Of a stretch of DNA of 32,000 nt, positions 1 through 7,965 are shown one piece after another. Location of the stretch: the NCBI GenBank assembly GCA_028279745.1, contig JANQNC010000001.1:660001-692000 (forward strand), given 5' to 3'. Both the position numbers and the translations under genes were made by a program. Numbering within the stretch: position 1 is the stretch's first letter; each line of letters opens with the position of its first letter. The notes below the pieces were generated by a model, which worked only from the letters and a program-made list of their open reading frames with translations, had not been told where the DNA came from and made no database searches. The DNA is from Candidatus Nanoarchaeia archaeon. GTDB taxonomy: Archaea; Nanobdellota; Nanobdellia; Woesearchaeales; JANQNC01.

Positions 1-1018
1 CAGACTTGCTGGTGGAAATTATAAATGGGATCGCTAAAGAGGACATAAATGGTTCTGGACTTTGAACATCAATCCCCAATCCAAGACCTGTATTAACTTC
101 AATCTCAATCCTTTCTTCTTCAGACCAAAGCTCAGCTTTATTCATACATTTAACATCAAAAGTGTGAGTTGAGAAATCAGCCAATCCTGTGAACTTCCTT
201 GTGTTTGTTGTTGAAAAGTTATCGCTAAATCTTTCAAAGCTTGCTCCGTTTTCGGAGTATTCACATCTTGCATCTTCATCAGTGATAACTTCTAAAGTTG
301 CAGTCCTTATGGGCTCAACAACCTTATTGTTCCAGGTGTCAGGTGCAGTTAATGAGTTTATGATTGGAGGAGATGTATCATAGCTAATCAAAAACATCCT
401 AGCTGCAATATCATTGTATTGATTTTTACACTTAACATAGAAAGGATATTCCACATTCTCGTTAAGAAGCTGATAAGATGAAATAGAATGGATGTTGTTA
501 TTGTCTGAGAAATCATATGAGTTATCAAATGAAGTGTCAACATTATTGTACTTACAAGAAGCATTAACAAAAGTGTCTATCGTTACTGGAAATGTGGACG
601 AGGATGCAACCCCATTTGAAGGATCCACCATCGATACATTAAACGGAAGCTCAACTATCGTAAACTTAGAATAAAAAGTTCCAGAGTTACCGAAAATATC
701 TTCTGCAGTTATCTTAAATGTAAAGTTTCCTTCTTCAAGTCTTTCTACAGGCTCAAATACGAATGTGTTGTCAGTCTTGACAGGAGGGTTAAGAGCTACA
801 AAGTTTAAGTTAGAAGAGTTAGATGTGTTGGTCTGACTAAAAAAGTCAACAAAACCCCTAACTAACGCGTAAGAAGTTACAGAAACATTTGTAGGATCAT
901 CAAAAACAACATAAACAACCGGCTCAGGAGTGTAAACTTCTCTGATGTTAGGAGGAGCAAGAGAGCTAACAAAAACTGCACTCAATAAAATTATTAAAAC
1001 AAATACTATTTTTCTCAT
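1..1018 (-). CDS. Secreted Ig-like repeat surface protein, N-terminal 339 codons only (continues past the left window edge)
   Basis: Absent from the ORF track because it has no in-window stop. My hand translation of the minus strand from ATG 1018-1016 stays open to position 2. It begins MRKIVFVLIILLSAVFVSSLAPP (Sec-like signal), followed by T/S/N/V-rich beta-type sequence. It has a D-T-S-P-P module boundary and two 2-Cys modules (NASCKYNN...YVKC; DEDARCEYSENG...FDVKCMNKAE) like those in the 1872-aa neighbour. It starts 8 nt after that gene's stop. Confidence 0.75.
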   Translation of the reverse strand, partial: MRKIVFVLIILLSAVFVSSLAPPNIREVYTPEPVVYVVFDDPTNVSVTSYALVRGFVDFFSQTNTSNSSNLNFVALNPPVKTDNTFVFEPVERLEEGNFTFKITAEDIFGNSGTFYSKFTIVELPFNVSMVDPSNGVASSSTFPVTIDTFVNASCKYNNVDTSFDNSYDFSDNNNIHSISSYQLLNENVEYPFYVKCKNQYNDIAARMFLISYDTSPPIINSLTAPDTWNNKVVEPIRTATLEVITDEDARCEYSENGASFERFSDNFSTTNTRKFTGLADFSTHTFDVKCMNKAELWSEEERIEIEVNTGLGLGIDVQSPEPFMSSLAIPFIISTSKS

Positions 1019-1026
1019 CTTCAAAA

Positions 1027-4000
1027 TCATTCATACTCAAAATCTGGCTCTTCAGGAGCTTTCCGATCTGAAATCATCAGTAATTCCTGAACAATCTGGT
1101 TGCCAGAGTAATCAACACCAATTAGGTTTATACGGTTCATGACCTCTTCGCCAGGGTCAGTTTCAAGGAAAAGCTCTATAGTGAAAGTATCATCAACTAT
1201 TGAAGCTTGATCATTCAATATTTCTTCAAATATGAAATCAACATCTCCTCTCTTGAAAGTGCCGTGAGCTATTACACTATTCTTATCAGTCCTGTAAACA
1301 TTATCACCCATCCATAAAGCATCTTCAATGTAAGTTACCTTGAAAGGGGGCTCTACAACCAGAGGTGTTAATGTGTATTGTATTTCTGCTTCATTTCCTG
1401 CTTTATCCTTTACTGAAACTTTTACATTAGACGTATTATCAATACTTATCACTCCGTTAAAGAATCCTTCTGTGTAAGTGTTTTCTTCAACTTCTGCCAT
1501 GAACTGGTTAATGAAAACAGACTCCAAACCATTAGTGTCTGACCATGTTCCCCTAACTGTTGGAGTGTAAGTTGTTGTTATATTTCCAGATGTTACCTGG
1601 ATAATAGGAGAGGTTGTATCAACAATAAATTCTCTGTTAGCAACTCCCGTCTTTGCACCAGAGATCGCTTCAATTTTCATACTATGTTTTCCCTCTGTTA
1701 AAACAGGTGAAGAAACAGTGTAAGTTCTTAGATCGACAGCAGTTGTTATTGCAGGAGTGTTGTCAACTGTAACTGTAATTCCCCCATCAACATCTTTATC
1801 GAAAGTTAGCGTAAAAGTTGGGGTTGTTGAATTAGTATATTTTGGAATTGCTGAAGTTAAAGTAGGTGCGTCTTTGTCGTATGTGAAAGACCAAGCAGTT
1901 GAAGCAGTGTTATTGACTAAATCAGATGCTGACAAAGCCATGTCAAACTCTTCAAAGTCTACAGCTGGCGGTAATGATATAATATAACTTAAACTTCCAC
2001 CCTTACCCAAAGGTGTGAAAATATTTGATTTTAAAGAACCGTCAACATCTAAGAATACAGACTCTGCGTCTACTCCAAAATTATCAAGAACTTCTGCATC
2101 AATAGGTTTTAGTGTGCCGATAACATCTCCATCATGAGGAGTTAAAGATGATAAGATTATTTCAGGAGATACATTATCGTAGAATGTGTATTCCCATTCA
2201 CTTCTTCCTTTGTTACCAACAGGATCATAAGCAGTTATTACAACTTTATTCCTTCCAGGAATTTCTAATGGGATGTTAAGGAAGAATCTTCCAGTCTGGG
2301 TCCCAGTAGATGAAACTGCAATCGATGAAAAATCTTCACCAAATGCAGGACTTACGACAAATCTTGTGTTTGATCCTGAAGGGAACGAGTCCACAACTTC
2401 GTAACGTCTAGGTGTATCCGTTCCTGCTGTTGAATCATCATAATTTTGTTTTGACTGCACAAAGTCTCCTTTCTGCATATCTGGAGTTCCTGCTAAATCA
2501 AATGAATTAGCTCCCGATACAACAGGATTTGTTAATGTGAATTCTTGTATGTCTTCATAACCTCCAGAACTAGTGGTTGTTATTTCAATATCATTAACTG
2601 AAACTTTTAAGGTTATATCTCCTTCAATAGTGTTATCTCTTCTGGATTTTTGGGTTATTCCTGAAACATCTAAGGATTTTGATGCAACTTTCGGTAAAGG
2701 ACTATCTAAAACAAAGTTAGGGCCTTCGGTGTCAGAGTAAACAGTTATCTCGTCACTTCCTTGCCCTAAAGAGTAGATTGTAGCTATAACAGTGTTAGGG
2801 CCTTCTTCCAATGGGATATTTTTTGCAGTCCATGATGTTCCAGTTATTACTGCTTCCTTAGTTGAGTCTCCAGACTGCACCCTTATGACTTCAGGAATAC
2901 TAAACTTGTTTTCAAATGTGCCTGACAAATCAACTATGTTATCTGTCAAAGAGAAACCATCAACAGGTTCAGTTATTGTAATTGAGGGACCATCACTGTC
3001 CACATTAACTCTACCGCACTTAGTTTCTTCAAAGTTGTTACCTTTATCAACAGATCTGTAACAGATCGACTGGGATTCAGTTAATGTCATAGGTTCTGCT
3101 GTTTCAAATGGTTCACAGTTAACACCTTCACAAACCTCAACCCTGTCGCAACCAAACTCTATGCTTCCATTTTCCATCTCAGGATCTGAGCAGGTGAATG
3201 TAAGTAATGCTGTGTAAAAGAAATCACTGTTCCAGTTATCAGTATTTGTGAAAGACTGATTAAATGTAAATAAACTATCTCTGATGTTGACAGTTGTTGA
3301 AGGTGGTGTGATATCAACTGTGAATACGATGTTTTTGACATGACTTTTTAGAGTGGAGTCAAGACAGTTAACCTGATATGAATAAAGACCATCCTCCAAA
3401 TTTCCTATTGACTGCATATGAGACAACCCATCTGTCTGGGACATTTTTGTAAATGTTTGATGCTGCGTTCCGTATGCACAACTAGCCGCATCTTCAGTGT
3501 TTAGCTCTATAACTGCGGGTTTATCAGATGTTGTTACATTAGGTCTTACAACTGTAATGTATAAATCTCTTGCAACATTGATTAGTGTAAATTCTGTAAG
3601 GTTATTTCCTGCAAGATCTGTGCAAGTGACTTCGTAAGGGTATGTTCCATCATTAACCTGGTAGACTGCACTCCACAAATTACCTCCAACATGACCCAAT
3701 CCAGATTCACCCATAAAGTTGTCTGTGCATGATGCTGTTGAATCTGTGGAAACTCCAATGTTAAGAACTGATTTTAATTCATCTTCTGTGTGGTTGTTAA
3801 CTTCAACATTAATGAAAACTTGAGGAGGGGTGGTGTCAACTAAGAAGTCAAAAGATTTTGTAACTTCGTTGTTATTATTGTTATCTTTAGCATAGTAGTA
3901 CATAGTGTTCAAGCCTTCAACTGTTTGGTTTAACGTTATAGGAACTGCAATCTCTGGAGAACCGGTGCTTGCCCTAACATTACTCGGACAGTTATCGTTA

Positions 4001-6645
4001 ATGCTGTAATAAAGTTCTGTGACATCTTCATCCACCAAGAAAGTAAACACATAACCTTCTGAGCTTACAACTTCAGGGATTGAAGAAACTTCTGTTTCAG
4101 GAGGCGTTGTATCTTGTTGTGTGCCATCATCAGGCAAACCATCACCGTCACCATCCTTAAAGCATATACCTTCACTCCATCTGCATACATCTAAACCGCA
4201 AGGGTTTGCACCTCTATTGAAATTGTTACAAGATGCATCTTGTGATTTTTGTATTCCTCCAGTACACGCAACTTCATCAATAAAGTCTGAACATATTGTA
4301 TCTTCACATGAAACACATAAATTATTTGTTGAAACACAATCACCTAAAAGATTACAGACAGGTTGCGTGCATCCAAGATTGCTAAACACATCACTCTGAG
4401 CTGAGCAAATTTCACAAACATCTTCTTTAACAGTTGCAGGAGCACATATACCTCCGTTAAATTCTTCAGTGTTATTGATCGGGTTCCACTGGCAGTTTTC
4501 AACACCACAGTTATCTACTTCACATGCGTTCTGGCTTGTGTAGTCAAAGCAAGTCATGTTATGTCTACAATCATAACACTTGTCGATTGTTGTGTCTGAG
4601 TAATCATAGAAACAGAAGTTGCTGTCATCTGTACCTAGACAGGTGTTTTCTTCGTAGAACAAACCAGCCGGGCTTCCTAATGCTTCACATAAAGATTTCT
4701 TCTTACATACTGCTCCACCCGTAGTCTCAGCACAAGTTAAATCATAAACTGAACAGTCATCAATGACTGCGGGGAAGTTCTCTGAACAGAACACAATAGC
4801 GTTTAGGTCTCCCTCATCTGAGAACGTTCCTCCTTCATTGTTCAAACAGAACTGCCTATCTGTAAATCTGCCTTCACAGTACTGGCTGCCTGGAGAGACA
4901 GAAACATTTACCCAGTCAGATTCGAAATTGTTTCCTGTGTAAATCGCTTTTATCTGATAGTTATAATTAACATCCCAAAAAACTTCTTCGTCGACATAGA
5001 AAAGCTCATCTGCCAATAAAGAAGTTGTTAGCTGCCCATCAGTTCGTTTTAAAACATAACTTTCAATGTTAGGACATGTTTTAACCCAAGAAAGTCTAAC
5101 TTTTTCCTCACCAGGAACTGCTTCACCTTCAAACTGAGCTGGAGCAGGTTTGGTTTCTGCGTCACAATCAACATCTGCATACTGTAAAACAATCTCTTTG
5201 TAAGATCCAATACCTATGAAAACATTTGAGTCAAGGAATTCAGCATAACCAGGAGCTCTTGCAGTAACAGTCAAAGTACCAAGAGGCAAACCAGAAATTG
5301 AAAACGTGCCATCTTCAACAGTAATATCTTGACCAAACGGATAGTAAATGCTTCCAACTATAACAACTGCACCCTCAACTGGCTCGCCTTCAATATTTGT
5401 GACAACACCCGATAATGAACCTCCAGGTACATCACAGTCAGGATCAGACGGGCAGTTGAACAAATCACAATTGCCATCTAGAACATCACATGCACTACAA
5501 TCAGAGTCAGCAGGACAGTTAGAACAGTAAAGACCTCTGCTAGCAGGGTTGTTGACATCAAAAGATATCATCGTGTTAGCAGAAGAATCACAAAAAACGT
5601 TATCAACAAAGTTACATCCATCCGCACCTTTACATAAATTGATTTCATTACAACAAACTTCGCTGCCAGGACAACCCAAAGTGCCTTTATCACCACTGTA
5701 ACAGTTAGCGCTTATGTCACAAACGCCACCCGCAGATGTACAGAAAGAAGAATCAGGAAGACACTGACTGTTTTGGCAAGTTTTGTAATTACCACAAACT
5801 TCACCATCACATTCAGGCTTTAAACAATCTTGAGCAGTAGAACACTCCAAACTAGGCTCTTGACATACACAGTTTTCATCATAAAACCCATTAATTCCGC
5901 ATTCATCCCCAATAACACATTCTAAAAAGTCTAAAGTAAAGTTAACACTTTCGTCATCAAAATCGTAAACTCTAGGGAAAACTTCAGATACATGGTTAGG
6001 TGCAGATACTTCAAACACCATACTTCCAGGGACTAAAGAAGAAAGAACATACTTTCCAGTTGAGTCTGTACCAACAATAGTAGACCCAACCTTAACCTGA
6101 GCATTATCTACAGGATAACCTTCAGAGCTGATAACCCAACCTTCAATCTTTATTAATTGTTCAAAAGTTATACCATCACAGTAAACAGTCTCGCAAAACA
6201 ACTCAGTCATTTCAGGAGATGCAGGCTCAAAAGTTCTAACAGAATATTCAGGCAAGCCTAAAGTGATAGGATCACAACTACCTTGAGTTATATACTGACA
6301 GTTAACAGATGAAGCTGATTGAAGAACACAACATCCTAGATAACATTGAGAAACTCCCTCACATGTAGGCGCTGAAAGATTAACAAAGGTAGCATCACAA
6401 TCAACTCTTTCAGAAACTTCAGAACATCTGTCATCATAGACACAACAACCTACTTCAGTAGCTGCAGGAATCAGTTCACACTCTCTCGTGTCAAAAACAA
6501 CCCCTGGCCTACATTCACTCTGAGATGTAGCATTGTAAGAAGGGAATGATGTAGAAGGGTCTAAACAACAACCCGCGATAACATTTTGAGATAGTGCAAT
6601 CAAGAAAAATAAAGCTATTGATATCACTAAACCCCTCTTATTCAT
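1027..6645 (-). CDS. Giant (1872 aa) secreted mosaic surface or adhesin-like protein: Cys-rich segments, two CarboxypepD_reg-like domains, FN3, about 10 Ig-like modules
   Basis: Long uninterrupted ORF. The N-terminus is MNKRGLVISIALFFLIALSQNVIA|GCC, and GGTGA lies 4 nt upstream of the ATG. Three GCC modules (AGCCLDPS, VGCCVYDDRC, LGCCVLQS) sit at about nt 6270-6575. CarboxypepD_reg-like stretches are IKIEGWVISSEGYPVDNAQVKVGS...TDSTGKY (about 5990-6150) and SGVVTNIEGEPVEGAVVIVGS...GTFSISGLPLGTLTVTARAPGY (about 5250-5420). An FN3-like stretch VRLSWV...YVLKRTDG...YNYQIKAIY lies at about 4900-5150. A DGDGDGLPDD acidic hinge is at about 4120-4155. About 100-aa modules then follow, bounded by D-x-x-x-P (VDTTPP, VDITPP, DSDGP, DTEGP, DNVSP, DKDAP, DTTSP, DRKAP). 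The C-terminus EEPDFEYE has no TM segment. Confidence 0.9.
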   Translation of the reverse strand: MNKRGLVISIALFFLIALSQNVIAGCCLDPSTSFPSYNATSQSECRPGVVFDTRECELIPAATEVGCCVYDDRCSEVSERVDCDATFVNLSAPTCEGVSQCYLGCCVLQSASSVNCQYITQGSCDPITLGLPEYSVRTFEPASPEMTELFCETVYCDGITFEQLIKIEGWVISSEGYPVDNAQVKVGSTIVGTDSTGKYVLSSLVPGSMVFEVSAPNHVSEVFPRVYDFDDESVNFTLDFLECVIGDECGINGFYDENCVCQEPSLECSTAQDCLKPECDGEVCGNYKTCQNSQCLPDSSFCTSAGGVCDISANCYSGDKGTLGCPGSEVCCNEINLCKGADGCNFVDNVFCDSSANTMISFDVNNPASRGLYCSNCPADSDCSACDVLDGNCDLFNCPSDPDCDVPGGSLSGVVTNIEGEPVEGAVVIVGSIYYPFGQDITVEDGTFSISGLPLGTLTVTARAPGYAEFLDSNVFIGIGSYKEIVLQYADVDCDAETKPAPAQFEGEAVPGEEKVRLSWVKTCPNIESYVLKRTDGQLTTSLLADELFYVDEEVFWDVNYNYQIKAIYTGNNFESDWVNVSVSPGSQYCEGRFTDRQFCLNNEGGTFSDEGDLNAIVFCSENFPAVIDDCSVYDLTCAETTGGAVCKKKSLCEALGSPAGLFYEENTCLGTDDSNFCFYDYSDTTIDKCYDCRHNMTCFDYTSQNACEVDNCGVENCQWNPINNTEEFNGGICAPATVKEDVCEICSAQSDVFSNLGCTQPVCNLLGDCVSTNNLCVSCEDTICSDFIDEVACTGGIQKSQDASCNNFNRGANPCGLDVCRWSEGICFKDGDGDGLPDDGTQQDTTPPETEVSSIPEVVSSEGYVFTFLVDEDVTELYYSINDNCPSNVRASTGSPEIAVPITLNQTVEGLNTMYYYAKDNNNNNEVTKSFDFLVDTTPPQVFINVEVNNHTEDELKSVLNIGVSTDSTASCTDNFMGESGLGHVGGNLWSAVYQVNDGTYPYEVTCTDLAGNNLTEFTLINVARDLYITVVRPNVTTSDKPAVIELNTEDAASCAYGTQHQTFTKMSQTDGLSHMQSIGNLEDGLYSYQVNCLDSTLKSHVKNIVFTVDITPPSTTVNIRDSLFTFNQSFTNTDNWNSDFFYTALLTFTCSDPEMENGSIEFGCDRVEVCEGVNCEPFETAEPMTLTESQSICYRSVDKGNNFEETKCGRVNVDSDGPSITITEPVDGFSLTDNIVDLSGTFENKFSIPEVIRVQSGDSTKEAVITGTSWTAKNIPLEEGPNTVIATIYSLGQGSDEITVYSDTEGPNFVLDSPLPKVASKSLDVSGITQKSRRDNTIEGDITLKVSVNDIEITTTSSGGYEDIQEFTLTNPVVSGANSFDLAGTPDMQKGDFVQSKQNYDDSTAGTDTPRRYEVVDSFPSGSNTRFVVSPAFGEDFSSIAVSSTGTQTGRFFLNIPLEIPGRNKVVITAYDPVGNKGRSEWEYTFYDNVSPEIILSSLTPHDGDVIGTLKPIDAEVLDNFGVDAESVFLDVDGSLKSNIFTPLGKGGSLSYIISLPPAVDFEEFDMALSASDLVNNTASTAWSFTYDKDAPTLTSAIPKYTNSTTPTFTLTFDKDVDGGITVTVDNTPAITTAVDLRTYTVSSPVLTEGKHSMKIEAISGAKTGVANREFIVDTTSPIIQVTSGNITTTYTPTVRGTWSDTNGLESVFINQFMAEVEENTYTEGFFNGVISIDNTSNVKVSVKDKAGNEAEIQYTLTPLVVEPPFKVTYIEDALWMGDNVYRTDKNSVIAHGTFKRGDVDFIFEEILNDQASIVDDTFTIELFLETDPGEEVMNRINLIGVDYSGNQIVQELLMISDRKAPEEPDFEYE

Positions 6646-6661
6646 CTAATCACCTATACCT

Positions 6662-6722
6662 ACAAAAACAACCTTTTACAGGTTGGTTTTTGTTGTACTC
6701 AGAATTCTCACTAGAATTCTGA
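6662..6722 (-). promoter_or_regulatory. Two adjacent stem-loops in the 135-nt spacer upstream of the giant gene (possible leader, attenuator or processing structure)
   Basis: Plus-strand 6662-6693 reads acaaaaacaacc/ttttaca/ggttggtttttgt: 12 bp with one bulged G, and a T5 run on the minus-strand 3' arm. Positions 6699-6722 read tcagaattc/tcacta/gaattctga: a perfect 9-bp stem with a 6-nt loop. A/T-rich TATA-like boxes (atttaaata, catttaaatag) lie at about 6722-6757, upstream on the minus strand. GGTGA is 4 nt before ATG 6645. Confidence 0.45.
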
Positions 6723-6780
6723 TATTTAAATAAATCCATTCTTCCATTTAAATAGTTTGTGGTTTATACCGAGGGAAAGC

Positions 6781-7965
6781 CTAGTTAGGGATAAATACCT
6801 TAAATCTTTGAGAATCATTTAAACCTTGAGGGTCAAAAATAGTTATGTTAGCAAAGCAGTCACTGCCAGTACAATTAACAGGTGCAGGGGACAATCTTCC
6901 ATTAGGATGAAGAAGACCGCTGCTAAGAGGATCCCAAATTACTGATTCAGTTAATGCATCTTCATCAGGATCAAAAGTAAAAACAGGGACAGTGATAGAG
7001 GATAAAACATCCTGATCTTCAATAAAAGAAACTACAGGGGGACGATTTTCTCTAGCAAAAACAAAAGTATAATCTTGAGCGTATAGGGAGGAGAGAGAAT
7101 CATTAACTACCACTATATCTGTCGTGTCAGAAACTTCTGTAAGTTGTAATGAGAAACCGTGCTTCCACGAAGCCAAATCTTCATAATCTCTAGCCATGTT
7201 AAAAGAAAGGAATGAGTTATCTTTACTTATGAGCTCATTTACGAATTCATGCAAACTGTTAAGCCTTATCCGCTTTGTGACTTTGAAATCTGTCAACTCT
7301 GCTAAAGGTGTGCCTTCGATAACTACTGTGACATTTAAGTTAGATGTAACATCAAACTCGTTAATGGAAGTTTGAACAGTGACGTTTCCTGCAGTTACAC
7401 CTTCTTGGAAATCTGTGAAATCTAGACAATCTTCAACATTAGCCTTAACAAAATTATCAAGCTGAACCTCCCAACTGAAGTCGCTGTCTCTTAAATCAGG
7501 CAGGGAAGATCTTCCGTAGTTACCTGTTGATTCCCCTGTTTCAGTAAAGTTTTCAGAAGGGTAATGGGCAGGGTGAATACGATTCTTTCTAATAAGGTAT
7601 GTAACTGAATAGTTCAAAGATTCGTTACATTTGTTTTGTGTTGAGTCATAAAAAAGATTTTTTGGTTGAATCGTAAGATCATAAAGTGGTGTAGGAAATA
7701 CTTCAAAGACATTACCTTTACATTCTCTTGTGATATAACCAGACTGTCTTCCCAAAACTTCCAAACCCTCATCCAAAGATCTTGACAAGCATTGAGTTAC
7801 AAAAGCCTTAACTCTTGTGGATGAGAAAAGTTCTTTAGCTGCTTCTTCAGTGGTGGCTTGAGAAGTCTCTTCTCTAGCTTGACCAGAAAAGTAAAACATA
7901 AAAAAAGCAGCAATAACAATAATCACACCAAGAATAAGAAAAAAAGTTATTTGACCTTTTTTCAT
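6781..7965 (-). CDS. Type IV pilin-like (class III signal peptide) protein with a large extracellular region and a cadherin-like C-terminal module
   Basis: The N-terminus MKKGQITFFLILGVIIVIAAFFMFYF has a short basic n-region, K-G|Q-I, then about 20 hydrophobic residues. This pattern is known from archaeal prepilin-peptidase substrates with Gln at +1. The C-terminus ENRPPVVSFIEDQDV...TFDPDEDALTESV looks like a cadherin or dystroglycan-type module. ATGA start/stop overlap with the upstream 988-aa gene at 7962-7965. Confidence 0.8.
   Translation of the reverse strand: MKKGQITFFLILGVIIVIAAFFMFYFSGQAREETSQATTEEAAKELFSSTRVKAFVTQCLSRSLDEGLEVLGRQSGYITRECKGNVFEVFPTPLYDLTIQPKNLFYDSTQNKCNESLNYSVTYLIRKNRIHPAHYPSENFTETGESTGNYGRSSLPDLRDSDFSWEVQLDNFVKANVEDCLDFTDFQEGVTAGNVTVQTSINEFDVTSNLNVTVVIEGTPLAELTDFKVTKRIRLNSLHEFVNELISKDNSFLSFNMARDYEDLASWKHGFSLQLTEVSDTTDIVVVNDSLSSLYAQDYTFVFARENRPPVVSFIEDQDVLSSITVPVFTFDPDEDALTESVIWDPLSSGLLHPNGRLSPAPVNCTGSDCFANITIFDPQGLNDSQRFKVFIPN

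Noticed and set aside
189-1142. Tracked short ORFs 189..383, 388..570, 492..674 and 945..1142
   Set aside because: They overlap the 339-codon open minus-strand frame, which has a signal peptide and Ig-like modules. 945..1142 also spans the junction of two real genes.
1757-5530. Plus-strand ORFs of 60-92 aa inside the giant gene (1757..1987, 2792..3061, 4121..4399, 4524..4724, 5348..5530) and the minus-frame ORF 3159..3341
   Set aside because: All lie wholly inside an uninterrupted 1872-codon ORF with strong domain grammar. Their products are low-complexity S/P/T/L-rich mirror-frame sequences with no start context.
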